Assembly (NCBI RefSeq): GCF_001194135.2
Contig: NC_069002.1
Span: forward strand, 28,638,078 to 28,678,807
Source: Octopus bimaculoides
Taxonomy: Eukaryota
Direction: 5' to 3'
Length of the DNA stretch: 40,730 bases
Below the pieces are notes generated by a model. The model had not been told where the DNA came from, searched no databases, and was given only the letters and a program-made list of their open reading frames with translations. The position numbers and the translations under genes were made by a program. Shown here in pieces: positions 1 through 12,383 of this stretch. The number at the start of each line of letters is the position of its first letter. Within the stretch, counting starts at the first letter, position 1.

Positions 1-73
1 ATAAACTACATGTGGATTGTTGGCGATTTTTTACCTCCATCTTCCTTTTCTCTTGGACTTTTTCCTGTCTCCC

Positions 74-108
74 GTTTCTGAAAAAGAGGTTTGCTCGAAA
101 CGTAAAAC
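74..108 (+). ncRNA. Degenerate minimal type I hammerhead motif (G8->A), Penelope pLTR-like
   Basis: GTTT(74-77) / CTGAAAA / A / GAG-GTTTG-CTC / GAA / ACGT / A / AAAC(105-108). Stems I and II pair and stem III is the palindrome ACGT. The core reads CUGAAAA rather than CUGANGA. Confidence 0.5.
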
Positions 109-337
109 TAACTTCCTTTCCTTCCCTGGGCGTTTGTTAATACTTTGCATGTACCACATCCTCGCGTTGTTTTTTCCTCTTGTATTTTTTTTTATTAACT
201 ATATATATATATATATAGGTAATGTTTGTAGCCACCTCAACATGGCTGTCCATTCAAAGGGACTTTACTGCAATTTTTAACACCAAGAGGGTATCTCCTC
301 TTTTTAGTTAACTATGCACAGCTGCATCCGAGATATC

Positions 338-420
338 GCAAGTAGGGGAGCGAACCCCTTCCACCTTCTAGCAGACTACTGTGTTGATCTCAGATTTTAG
401 ACCTAGCATTTTTGCTTGTA
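338..420 (+). mobile_element. Fragment of the fold-back family seen at 13661-13862 and 18843-19177
   Basis: AGTAGGGGAGCGAACCCCTTCCACCTTCTAGCAGAC matches the reverse complement of ~19058-19095. CTAGCATTTTTGCTTGT matches CTAGCTATTTTGCTTGT at ~18900. Confidence 0.6.
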
Positions 421-608
421 TATGTCATCATCCATTTATAAGACAAAACCCACTGTATCAAGCCTTTGAGGAGGTGTATATACGTTTAGTATGATACACA
501 GATGGCTTTTTTTATTTATTTGATTCTGTTCCAAATTCCTCCACTGCGTCATTTTACCGCCCGGAAAGCCTTCCGCATAACCAATGAAGTGAATGTATTA
601 TTCAGCTT

Positions 609-610
<2 letters not shown>

Positions 611-668
<58 letters not shown>
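611..668. repeat. (GT)n microsatellite running into an N gap
   Basis: Pure GT run; gap at 669-853. Confidence 0.98.
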
Positions 669-853
669 NNNNNNNNNNNNNNNNNNNNNNNNNNNNNNNN
701 NNNNNNNNNNNNNNNNNNNNNNNNNNNNNNNNNNNNNNNNNNNNNNNNNNNNNNNNNNNNNNNNNNNNNNNNNNNNNNNNNNNNNNNNNNNNNNNNNNNN
801 NNNNNNNNNNNNNNNNNNNNNNNNNNNNNNNNNNNNNNNNNNNNNNNNNNNNN

Positions 854-1225
854 GCGCGCGTGCGTGAAAGCGTGGATAGAAGTTTGCTTCCGAAGCATAT
901 GGTTCCAGGTTCAATCCTACTGCATGGCACCTTGGGAAAGTGTCTTCTACTAAAGCTTCTGGTCGACTAAAGCCTTCTGAATGGATTTGATGGAAAAAAA
1001 CTGAAAGAAGTCAATTGAGTGTATATAAATGTGTGTGTGTGTGACCCACCACCGCTTGAAACCGATCTTAGTATGTTTACGTCCAGTAAGCTAACGCTTC
1101 GGCAAAAAACTGATAAAATATGTACGCGGCTTTACAACAAAATAACTACTGGGGTCGATTCGTTCGACTAATATACTTCAAGACGGCGCTCTAGCATGGC
1201 CGCAGTCTAATAACTGAAACATGAA
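854..1225 (+). mobile_element. tRNA-derived SINE family A (the abundant Octopus-type SINE)
   Basis: B-box-like GGTTCAATCC, CCTTGGGAAAGTGTCTTC core, internal (GT)n, and tail GCATGGCCGCAGTC..ACTGAAAC. Homologous to copies at 29055 and 30915. Confidence 0.85.
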
Positions 1226-1257
1226 TGCTTATTTTCAATGAATTTGTATTTATGTCG

Positions 1258-1365
1258 ATGAGAAAGAGAGAGATAGAGAGAGAGAGAAATAGAAAGAGAG
1301 AAAGAGAGAGAGAGAAAGAGAAAGAGAAAGAGAGAAAGAGAGAGAGAGAAAGAAAGAGAGGCAGG
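1258..1365. repeat. (GA)n/(GAAA)n purine microsatellite
   Basis: Direct inspection. Confidence 0.95.
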
Positions 1366-1861
1366 AGATGTTTATTCACTCAGTCTTTCAACGTCTGTAG
1401 CCAATAATCTTTGGAAGATTGCTCCAAAGTCTGATAGTCGTCTGCAGAAAGTTTCTTTCCAGACAGTGCTTTTGGCATCGGCTGTAGTAGAAGTCATGAG
1501 CAGGAATTAATGAATTAGCTTTTTTAAAACTGCGTCAATAATACTTTGGTGCTAGCATTATGTTATGTAGAAAGGTATGCATCAACCATGTTATGTCTTA
1601 AGCTTTTGACTCCGCGGTTTAACGCTTTTAACTCCGTCAATTGTAATGATTCTAAGAGATTTATTTTGGACTGTAACGAGCTGATTCAGTGTGATCTGTA
1701 ACGTATTTATCCAGCATAGACAACCAAGATTGTTTCAGATTTGCACTTCGTAATATCCTTCCTTCCACATTTTCCCAGCAATGTTTTGTAGCACCTCTGT
1801 TGTATATAGTAGAAGTATGTTCTGTCTAAACCAGTCACATGCTTATAGTTATTCCCCTCTC

Positions 1862-2110
1862 TCAAGAAACTGGCCCTCTGTTTGCATTTGATAAAACATT
1901 TCTGGTCTAATGTTCAGCAGCTATGCTACCCATAATTTGGTATATTTTAGATCCATTAACATACCGCATGGATTTTTCTACGATTTTCCACTTGATTGTA
2001 TATGGCATGGAGTTGGTCTTTAAGTCCCATACGTGGTTTGCCAAGTTAGTGGCCTTACTTTTGTTCATGTGCCGAAAACTTCCTCATATACGACGGAGTT
2101 TATTGTATAA
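1862..2110 (-). pseudogene. Penelope-like element GIY-YIG endonuclease C-terminal remnant
   Basis: Minus strand from 2077 reads FRHMNKSKATNLANHVWDLKTNSMPYTIKWKIVEKSMRYVNGSK, then after frameshifts LLNIRPEM and IKCKQRASFL. This resembles the PLE pattern SFR...T.LS..IW.LK......I.W.I......Y..GSK...LLNKRSE..SKCRH..KF. Confidence 0.75.
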
Positions 2111-2395
2111 ACTCAACTGCAACTTATTCATAAAAGATTCAAATTTTTCATCCAACATCCTCTAGTTTTTTCTCGTAATTTCTCTTGTTCTATTGTCCTG
2201 ATTTGTAACTTGTATAGGCCGCGTGCTCAGAACCCAAAGATTACTCAGAGACAGTAAGCATATTATTAAAGTTTGTCTAGAAAATATCTCCAGCGTATGA
2301 AACTACTAGTTCATAACCATATACTATTTACATTGAACAATATTTATCTCTCACTGGACGAAGTACTTTTTTTGCTGTTATTACTTTAATGGTAT

Positions 2396-2778
2396 GGAGG
2401 CGCAATAGCCCAGTGGTTAGGGCAGCAGACTCGCGGTCATAGGATCGCGTTTTCGATTCCCAGACCAGGTGTTGTGAGTGTTTGAGCGAAAAAGCCGAAA
2501 TCTCCGCGAGGCTCTTGCAGAGGATGGTGGCGAAGCCTGCTGTACTCTTTCACCACAACTTTCGCTCTCTTACTTCCCGTTTCTGTTGTGTCTGTAATTC
2601 AAAGGGTCAGCCTTGTCACACTGTATCACGCTGAATATCCCCGAGAACTACGTTAAGGGTACACATGTCTGTGGAGTGCTCAGCCACTTGCACGTTAATT
2701 TCGCGAGCAGGCTGTTCCGTTGATCGGATCAACTGGAGCCCTCGACGTCGTAAGCGACGGAGTGCCAACAACAACAAC
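2396..2778 (+). mobile_element. tRNA-derived SINE family B, full length, with (AAC)n tail
   Basis: A box TAGCCCAGTGGTTAG and B box TTCGATTCCC. The 3' tail ...GACGGAGTGCC(AAC)n is shared with the copy at 8055-8382. Confidence 0.85.
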
Positions 2779-3469
2779 TTTAATGGTAAAGTAAACTATA
2801 CACACGCACACACACAAGATATAAGTTTCATGCTCTGATAGTATAATTAATAGTCGGACGATACTAATAAACCTGGTGTTAGAACTGAATATGCGTATCG
2901 TTCAGAGAAAGGCGTTAGTCGAGTACAGAGCGTAGTAAGAGATTATATAAATGACAAGGAAACAAGAACTTGTGTAATGAACTACAGCTGTTTCTGGTGT
3001 GAGATGCAATGCACTCATAATTGCGTACATTGCATCATACAGCAGAAACAGCCGTTTGCTAATCAAGTTACATAACTTGTTCCCATATATATATATATAT
3101 ATATATNNNNNNNNNNNNNNNNNNNNNNNNNNNNNNNNNNNNNNNNNNNNNNNNNNNNNNNNNNNNNNNNNNNNNNNNNNNNNNNNNNNNNNNNNNNNNN
3201 NNNNNNNNNNNNNNNNNNNNNNNNNNNNNNNNNNNNNNNNNNNNNNNNNNNNNNNNNNNNNNNNNNNNNNNNNNNNNNNNNNNNNNNNNNNNNNNNNNNN
3301 NNNNNNNNNNNNNNNNNNNNNNNNNNNNNNNNNNNNNNNNNNNNNNNNNNNNNNNNNNNNNNNNNNNNNNNNNNNNNNNNNNNNNNNNNNNNNNNNNNNN
3401 NNNNNNNNNNNNNNNNNNNNNNNNNNNNNNNNNNNNNNNNNNNNNNNNNNNNNNNNNNNNNNNNNNNNN

Positions 3470-3530
<61 letters not shown>

Positions 3531-3869
3531 CTCACATACACCCATATGTACACGTTGCGTAAAAGTGCGTAAGTGTCTCATGTGTACAGTTTCACAAACT
3601 TCCACAAACTCCTTTATGATACAGCTATTGATAATATAAACACATTTGTTTATTCTATTCATTTGCTGTAAGTTTAATCAGTTGAATACAAGAAAGCAAA
3701 GACGAAGGCGTGTTTTCGATCGTATACAAGCGACTCTGAGATCATTCTAGTTGTTCTGTTCAATCAATGAATAACAGTTGTGTTATGAAGCTGGTTGCAT
3801 GTACTTTCTTGTTTAATTCTCATTACACACACCTATGATTATATGAAGACTATAGATGTACAAGAATAT

Positions 3870-4210
3870 GGTAGATTCTGTGATGTGTACATTATACATA
3901 TAGACATACACAACTATACAAGTGATATGTATATATATACACACACACACACACACATACATACACAATATTCTATCTACAAATTATATACAAACATTTG
4001 TGTGTGTATGTGTGCACATATATTTGCATACGTATATGAACATAGACACATATGTATATACACACATGAAAGCATACTAATATATACATACATGAATTCA
4101 TACACACACACAAACATATGTATATTATATGATATATGAACATGCTTACATAAGTTCACAAATATATTCATACACATATGTATACATATACATACATATA
4201 TATATATATT

Positions 4211-4247
<37 letters not shown>

Positions 4248-4248
4248 G

Positions 4249-4283
<35 letters not shown>

Positions 4284-4560
4284 ATTTGTTCGTACATGTG
4301 TCTGTGCGTATGTTTGTCAATTCCTATTTTCAAATAAATATTTGTACCTAAAAGTTAGTTTTATTATTTACATATTCTTGGGCTTTTTCTATAAACACAT
4401 ACATATATACACACAAACACACACAATAAATTATGCATTCATATGTGTAATGTATGTAGGCTTCGTATATCATTTATTCATATGGATTTATGAATATATA
4501 CATTTATGCATAAGTGTGTGTATTTTATTAACGTATGTGCTTATGTGTGTGTTTTGTACA
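3870..4560. repeat. Degenerate (TA)/(CA)/(TG) low-complexity tract
   Basis: Interleaved imperfect dinucleotide runs. Confidence 0.9.
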
Positions 4561-4877
4561 CAAGTAACTAGTTTAAAGTCAACAGATTTAACAGAAAACT
4601 TTTCTTGATAGTAGCTGACACTTTTATTGGAAATGAACTTGCAAAATATTGTTGTTGTTGTTTTCGATATAAATATCCAATGTTTTTAAAAACTGTATAA
4701 AATTTCAAATTGTATACACACACACAATCTTAAATTCATATATATATATATATGTATAACAAAAGAGGAGATATATATACACACACATTTTATTTATGAA
4801 GATATATCAATTTATATTTGTGCGTATCTTAAGCAGATGCGTGCACAAACTCACAAAAATCTGTATATTTATATACT

Positions 4878-5222
4878 TTTTTTTTTACTTGCTACAGTCA
4901 TTGGGCGGCGGCCATGCTGGGACATCGCCTTGAAGAGTTTCAGTCGAATAACTCGAGCCCAGTACTTATTTTTCTGAAGCTCGGTAATTATGCCGAATCT
5001 CTAAGTTGCGGGAATATAAATAAACCGACACCGGTTGACAAGCAATGATAAGGGACAAAGAAACACAGATACACACACTATAAGCTTCCTTTGGTTTCCA
5101 TCTACCAATTCCACACAAGGCTTTAGTGGGGCCGGGGCTTAGAGCAGAAGACACCTAAGGTACCACACAGTAGGACTGAACCCAGAACCTTGTCGCTAAG
5201 CAAACTTACCACTCAGCTACGT
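4878..5222 (-). mobile_element. SINE family A, diverged copy
   Basis: Reverse complement shows the head (GGTTCTGGGTTCAGTCC), the core and the CCAGCATGGCCGCC tail. Confidence 0.75.
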
Positions 5223-5694
5223 GTGTGTGTGTGTGTGTACATTTCATATAGAAGAAACAACCGTAAGCTAATGAAGTTCATAATTATTCATTCATTTGTT
5301 ATTCTAATTTCTCATTGCTCTGTCTCTCGACTGACATTTTCTTCTGAAGCGTGTGTATATCGAGTTCTAACGCCAGGTTACTACTATCACCATGCCTAAG
5401 AGAACTATCTATCTCTCAATTTATATATATATATCTATATATATATATATCTATATATATATATATATNNNNNNNNNNNNNNNNNNNNNNNNNNNNNNNN
5501 NNNNNNNNNNNNNNNNNNNNNNNNNNNNNNNNNNNNNNNNNNNNNNNNNNNNNNNNNNNNNNNNNNNNGAGAAAGTCTTTAACGTTTCGAGCCTATGCTC
5601 TTCAACTGAAAGGAACACTGAAAGAAACACGGAGAGAAACAAGTAGAGAAAAATATATAAATGTAATGGTCAGCGATGCTTTAAATTTTTGGCT

Positions 5695-5795
5695 CAAGAT
5701 CAGTAATTTCGGGGGAGGGGATAAGTCGATTACATCGACCCTTAGTGTTCAATTGGTATTCATTTTATCAACTCTGAGAAGATGAAAACCAATTA
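5695..5795 (-). mobile_element. SINE family D (Deu/Nin-domain-like), 3' fragment
   Basis: GTCGATTACATCGACC...TTTTATCAACTC..AAGATGAAA matches family D copies. Confidence 0.6.
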
Positions 5796-6029
5796 AATCG
5801 AGGTTTATTCGATACATTTGGTAGAGTACAAATTTATTATTATTCAACAAGAATATTATTGATAGCCACTTCGAAGTTTCGGCTGGCTGAGCAATGATTG
5901 GACTGTATATATAAGCATTGTTTTATGCACTCTACACTGTATGTGTTTATAACAGCAGAGATGGCTGGGGGCGCAACTCATGATCCAGTATTGTATTATA
6001 GAGATAACCAAACAGTTGCACATAAACTT

Positions 6030-6038
6030 GAATTTAAA

Positions 6039-6084
<46 letters not shown>

Positions 6085-6760
6085 TACAAATACGTACATA
6101 CATACATACATACACAAACTTAAATTACAAATGTACACAAGCGCACACAGAGACACAGGCTTATAATATGCGTACACATCCGTGCACATGCATACATAAC
6201 AGTCTTTCTGTGTATGTGTGTAGAGACATATATGCATCCATGCATATGTATGCACATACGTATGCATACACACACACACATATAAATATACATACTTATA
6301 GATTCACGTATACATACGTGCACACACACATATCACGCGTATTTTACACACACACACACAAACACACACCATGTGCTTTGTGAGGCGTATTTTTATACAC
6401 GTGAGTATCAGAAAGTGTAAACATAGAGGTGAAGCACATTTAGATAGGATGCATTGATACAGACATTCATATCTGTGTATGTATACATACAGAGCATACA
6501 GACATAATGCAGACACGCATGGAAGCAAGTGTATGTAGGTGTGTCGTCAATTATTCGTTATTAAAACAAAAACAGCAACTTTTTAATATAATTCTTATAC
6601 GCTTCGTTGAACATGAATAGATAAAGAAACTCTTAGAGGAGAAAGAAGATTCCACTTGGAATAATATCTGATGTTATATATACAAACACAAACGGCAGAC
6701 ATACGTACCTACTACACACAAACTCACATCTTGTGTGTAAGTGTGCGTATGCATGTGTGT

Positions 6761-6804
<44 letters not shown>

Positions 6805-6830
6805 ATATGTGTGTGTGTGTATTACAGGTG
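6030..6830. repeat. (TA)n plus degenerate (CA)/(TG) tracts
   Basis: Direct inspection. Confidence 0.85.
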
Positions 6831-7607
6831 TTTTGTTTTTACATATTTGTAATAAAGGAAAAGGCATTTTTTAAATATATGTATTATAATATAACTTAAA
6901 GTGACTTAAATGCGCGCGGGCGTCTGTGTNNNNNNNNNNNNNNNNNNNNNNNNNNNNNNNNNNNNNNNNNNNNNNNNNNNNNNNNNNNNNNNNNNNNNNN
7001 NNNNNNNNNNNNNNNNNNNNNNNNNNNNNNNNNNNNNNNNNNNNNNNNNNNNNNNNNNNNNNNNNNNNNNNNNNNNNNNNNNNNNNNNNNNNNNNNNNNN
7101 NNNNNNNNNNNNNNNNNNNNNNNNNNNNNNNNNNNNNNNNNNNNNNNNNNNNNNNNNNNNNNNNNNNNNNNNNNNNNNNNNNNNNNNNNNNNNNNNNNNN
7201 NNNNNNNNNNNNNNNNNNNNNNNNNNNNNNNNNNNNNNNNNNNNNNNNNNNNNNNNNNNNNNNNNNNNNNNNNNNNNNNNNNNNNNNNNNNNNNNNNNNN
7301 NNNNNNNNNNNNNNNNNNNNNNNNNNNNNNNNNNNNNNNNNNNNNNNNNNNNNNNNNNNNNNNNNNNNNNNNNNNNNNNNNNNNNNNNNNNNNNNNNNNN
7401 NNNNNNNNNNNNNNNNNNNNNNNNNNNNNNNNNNNNNNNNNNNNNNNNNNNNNNNNNNNNNNNNNNNNNNNNNNNNNNNNNNNNNNNNNNNNNNNNNNNN
7501 NNNNNNNNNNNNNNNNNNNNNNNNNNNNNNNNNNNNNNNNNNNNNNNNNNNNNNNNNNNNNNNNNNNNNNNNNNNNNNNNNNNNNNNNNNNNNNNNNNNN
7601 NNNNNNN

Positions 7608-7836
7608 TGTGTGTGTGTGTGTGTTTGTATGTCTGTGTTTGTCCCCCTACCATCGCTTGACAACCGATGCTGGAGTGTTTACGTCCCCGTAACTTAGCGG
7701 TTCGGCAAAAAGAGACCGAAAGAATAAGTACTAGGCTTACAAAGAATAAGTCCTGGGGTCGATTTTCTCGACTAAAGGCGGTGCTCCAGCATGGCCGCAG
7801 TCAAATGACTGAAACAAGTAAAAGAGTAAAAGAGTA
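7608..7836 (+). mobile_element. SINE family A 3' half (5' part lies in gap 6930-7607)
   Basis: Near-consensus GTCCCCGTAACTTAGCGGTTCGGC...CCAGCATGGCCGCAGTCAAATGACTGAAACAAGTAAAAGAG. Confidence 0.9.
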
Positions 7837-7859
7837 AATTGCATAAAAAGTTGTTAAAA

Positions 7860-7945
7860 TACTTTGTATAGAAGTAAAACCAGTTTATTGCAAATCCTAT
7901 ATGGATCCCTCCCCACACCAAGGGGACCCCGGTTGAGAACCACTG
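7860..7945. mobile_element. hAT (Charlie-like) MITE right end
   Basis: GGTTGAGAACCACTG (7931-7945) is the reverse complement of CAGTGGTTCTCAACC, a typical hAT/Charlie TIR. The left end is not visible. Confidence 0.55.
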
Positions 7946-7957
7946 GGATAAACCCTC

Positions 7958-8010
7958 AAAGGCGGTGTCCCAGCATGGCCTCAGTCCACTGACTGAAACA
8001 AGATAAAAGC
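7958..8010 (+). mobile_element. Solo 3'-tail cassette of SINE A (severely 5'-truncated insertion)
   Basis: AAAGGCGGTGTCCCAGCATGGCCTCAGTCCACTGACTGAAACAAGATAAAAG. Confidence 0.75.
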
Positions 8011-8054
8011 ATACATAGGGTGCTTTTCACGCACACTGAGGCACAAACACACAA

Positions 8055-8382
8055 ATAACTGGTACTCCGTCGGTTACAACGATGACTGTTCCAACTGAAT
8101 CGATCTACGGAACTGCTTGCTCGTGAAATTAACGTGCAGGTGGCTGAGTATTCCGCAAGCATGTGTACCTTTAACGTAGTTTTCAGGGAGATTCAGTGCG
8201 TAACAGAATGTGACAAGACTGGCCCTTTGAATTACAGATATTACTCATTTTCCCCAGCTCAGTGGACTGGAGCAACGTGAAATAATGTCTTGCTCAAGAA
8301 AACAATGCGCCGCCAGGAATCGAACTCACAACCATACATACGATCGTGAGCTGAAAACCCTAACCACTAAGCCACGCACCTT
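8055..8382 (-). mobile_element. tRNA-derived SINE: family-C head and core with family-B tail
   Basis: Reverse complement has head GTGGCTTAGTGGTTAG...GTTCGATTCC and core CTTGAGCAAGACATTATTTCACGTTGCTCCAGTCCACT. The tail has the same design as ~2590-2770. Confidence 0.8.
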
Positions 8383-9229
8383 TCCACAAATATATATACA
8401 TTATGTATGTGTATATATGTATATTATATGTGTGTGTTCAGTATTTGTTAACCAGTTTGATATTTAAGCGTTTTCATTTTGTAACGTTCAGTTCATATAT
8501 ATTAGATGACATACATCAGTCGTACACTTCATATTCGTCGCACAGTTTGACGTCACTACATAAACCTCGATCGCATTCGGTAGAGTCTACCCTCTTGCAC
8601 GCCGACAGTTTTCCGATATAAATATAACTCGATAACGTCATGGTTTGCTTTCTATTCCATCAAAACCTCAGCTGATGTTTATTGTCCCAAACATCCATAT
8701 ATATATATTCTTGTAGAATCTTTAAAAGCTAACATTTAATGAGATATTGTCCAAATTGTCGGTAGCAAATCGTGCACCTTTAAGTCGGCAGTCTTCGTGG
8801 CTAAGGCGGCGAGCTGGCAGAGCCGTTAGCGCGTCAGACAAAATGCTTCTGACATTACACAAGACCAGAAATTTAACAGGAAGGGTCGACTGGCACTTCA
8901 TTTTATCGACCCCGAAAGATAACTGATGAAGTTGATATCAGAACGTAAATAGCAATAAGAGATCCTACAATGCATTTCCCCAACTTTGTACAGATTCTAC
9001 TAAACCGCTGCTTCTACTAAACGTTAGAACTAACAAAATTTAATATGAGAATTACTTCGATGTCTGATACTCTAAACGGACTTCAGGAGCACAAATCTGC
9101 GATAGAAACAAAGTATCTTTATGGCAAATTTAAGGGTTCACTCAAAGTACATTCATAGTGAAGTATTGTAGTATAAGAGACTAAATCTGTCATGACGCGT
9201 ACCTGGTGATATGGGGTTCTCAAAACCAT

Positions 9230-9278
9230 TTAGTCCGACCCATGCGAGCATGGAAAAAAATGGACGTTAAAACGAACG
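9230..9278 (+). mobile_element. 3' tail fragment of a further retroposon family (E)
   Basis: CCGACCCATGCGAGCATGGAAAAAAATGGACGTTAAAACG matches the reverse complement of ~23865-23905. Confidence 0.5.
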
Positions 9279-9974
9279 AAACTTATTCTTTCAGCAGACT
9301 GTATTGCAAATCGGACCGACAGCCTTCCTCATATATCCTTAAACGATGATTCAAGTAAATACATCACCTTTCAACACATTCAACCTGATCTTCAATAATA
9401 ATAATAATAATATCAATAACAATAATGATGCTAATATAGTTCTGTTGCACGATATCTAAATAAGCCTTTCTCATTTTCACGCCATAAAATCATTGAGTTT
9501 CTCGTCTGCAGCACAAAACTAATAAATTTCCGATTTCAGAAATTGCTCTTCACTGAACAGACGGAAGGCAAACTGGGTTTAGCTGGGAGAAACAGAATGG
9601 CGCAGTTTTGATCAATTTGACTCAAAGGAGAGAATGAAATTTCGAAGAGTGAGAAATTCTAAACAGTCGACTTCATTCTCACCTTAAAGGTGACAGGTTT
9701 AAAATTTAAGACTTCTGTCAGAACTAGGTGGCTCGTCATTATGAAATGATTGAATATTTGCCAAAGACCTGCGAAATCGAACTTTCTCTTGCACACCGAA
9801 TTAAAGATCAAAGGTCAAATCGTAAGGTCCCCGTGTCCCAGCCTGGTAACAGTCTACGACTCACATCTTTTACTTGTTTCAGCCATTATACTGCGGCTAA
9901 ACTGGGACACCACATTAATGGGTTTTAGCCGGACAGTCAATCACAGTACTTATTTTCTTAAATAAAATGTTAAA

Positions 9975-10268
9975 AAATGGTACCTGTTCTATCGTTGTCT
10001 TTTGTTAAACTGCTCAGTTACAGGGATGTAAACAGATCAACACTGGTTGACGAGCGGAGGGGACAGAGAAAAACATCTATCTACCTACCTACCTACCTAC
10101 CTACACACACACACGAAAGATTTCCTTCTGTCTAACAAATCCATTCACAAGGTCTTGATCGGCCCGAGGGCATATTATAAGATACTTGCTCAAGATGCCA
10201 CGCAGTAAGACTGCATCCGAATTCATGTGGTTGGGAAGCAAGCCTCTTACTTCATAGTCATGTCTATT
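9975..10268 (-). mobile_element. SINE family A, diverged, with internal (CTAC)n
   Basis: CCATTCACAAGG, ACTTGCTCAAGATGCCACGCAGT, and a head remnant at ~10250. Confidence 0.7.
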
Positions 10269-11014
10269 AGAAGACAATATGAATGAAGTTAAGAGAAACT
10301 ATATTGAATGTCCATAGGGAGTTGAGCTCAACATTACTTTTGCGTAAAGAGTAGCTAAATATTTTAACGTAAAAGCACATAAAGGCAATGTTTCTGACGT
10401 CCCCAAACTGCTTTACGGCAGTTATTTTGTGAGGTAATACGCTACAAAGAAACAAAATATTAATCCACAAATGAGAGTGATACAGCATAGACGAATCTAT
10501 TACAGTCTCGTTTCAATGCCATCACGGCTTTTAAACAGTCAAACTACATAGAGAACAGAATTTGTGAATAATGCCCAGTACTGTTTTTGCCATCTCGAGG
10601 TAAGTGTTTGACACGACGTCGACAACATAATAACTATCAAAATTGAAAATGGCGTCGATAGAGAGAAACGAACAATAGCTGTGTCGCAATTTAGATAAAC
10701 ACAGAAGCAAATGCCGTGGTGTTTCTGCAAGAACGAATGTATGCAAGCCGTGCAGGTACACGCATGCATACACCCACACACGCCTGCACGTACATGAACG
10801 ATTAACATAACAGAATGCATACACTTTCACGCTTACTATACCAGAATGCATATATTAATATTATTTAAATATTTACACAGATACACATTCGCAACCATAC
10901 AATTTGCTATGTTATCTTTCCAGCTACATTTCTAAACTATTAAATATATATATATTCTGCAATGTTTAACTACATAAAAACAGATAGCTTTACATTTTAC
11001 ACGCACTCGCACAT

Positions 11015-11061
<47 letters not shown>

Positions 11062-11421
11062 CGTGTGTGTACAGTATACACACATGCACATATACTGATA
11101 CACACATAAAAACGTGTGGGTATGTGTTGTAAGAAAGTATGTATATACATATGAACATACAGTTAAATAACGTGTAGTTTAAAAGCATATATGTATATAC
11201 ACATAGAAAGTTATATAANNNNNNNNNNNNNNNNNNNNNNNNNNNNNNNNNNNNNNNNNNNNNNNNNNNNNNNNNNNNNNNNNNNNNNNNNNNNNNNNNN
11301 NNNNNNNNNNNNNNTATATATATATATATATATATATAAGCAGTTAAAGAACATAAACTGTGTGTATTTATATATATATACTTATGTATATAGATATATA
11401 TTTATGCGCACGTGTATATGT

Positions 11422-11461
<40 letters not shown>

Positions 11462-12383
11462 ATATACACACTTACTTTTAATTATATGCAACATGTATTA
11501 TCTTTCCGAATAAGTTTATATGCATGTTTTGATGTTCATACACATGTTTCGGAGAAGTTTTTCATAGGCTTCAATATCTTGTTTAGTTTGTTGTTTTATT
11601 TATACATTTATCCTTTCTTTATTTACTTATAGGAATCTTTGAATATTTTTATAAGCATATATGTATATGTGTGTATGTGTGTATATGTACGTGTGTAATA
11701 ATAACTTTATGCTTGTGTGTATCCGTTCGATGGCTTTCAGAAAATTCTTCAGATGGATTATGAAGAACAAGATTAGATCTATGACTAGTTTTTTATGTCC
11801 GTTGAGAAAATCTTTCTTACGCATGGCTGACCAATTTTCATTTGAGATTCATTTTTTCTATCATCATCATCGTCGTCATCATCATCATCATATTTAATTT
11901 CTTTTTTCTTTTTTCAATCTATTATAAAAACACAAAAAAAATTTCTCCGATTTTATTTTCCTTACTGGCAGCTGTTTTTAGTAATTCCCATCAAGTAGCA
12001 GATAGCTGAGTTTTATAATGTGACTTACTTGTATAAAACAAAAAGCATTTCACGTAGCTGTTTGTTTTCAGCAATAATAATAATAATAATAATAATGTTC
12101 AAGATGTAGTTTACTCTTGTGTCTTGTGTTTGCTGTTGCCATCAGCTTAGGAGATATTTGGATTTTTATTCAATTAAACCAAATCCACTGAAGACTAATA
12201 CACACTTTATATTCACATAGGAAGCCTGTACCCGTATATGTGTGTTTGTGTGTATGTATATATACATAATACAAATATATATACGCATGAATACATACAT
12301 ATATACATATTCATTCCAATATATATACACCCCTGCAAACCTATACACATGTAAACATATAGACATACCTACACAAACATTTG

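Noticed and set aside
2396-2470. tRNA-like sequence (also at 29055 and 31951)
   Set aside because: There is no closable acceptor stem, and it continues into a SINE body. It is a SINE head, not a tRNA gene.
7798-7815. SINE A tail hairpin followed by GAAAC as a hammerhead
   Set aside because: There is no upstream CUGANGA core and no stems I/III.
10540-10605. Strong donor GAG|GTAAGT at 10599
   Set aside because: The better upstream acceptors give stops in the frames checked, and a lone donor motif is expected by chance.
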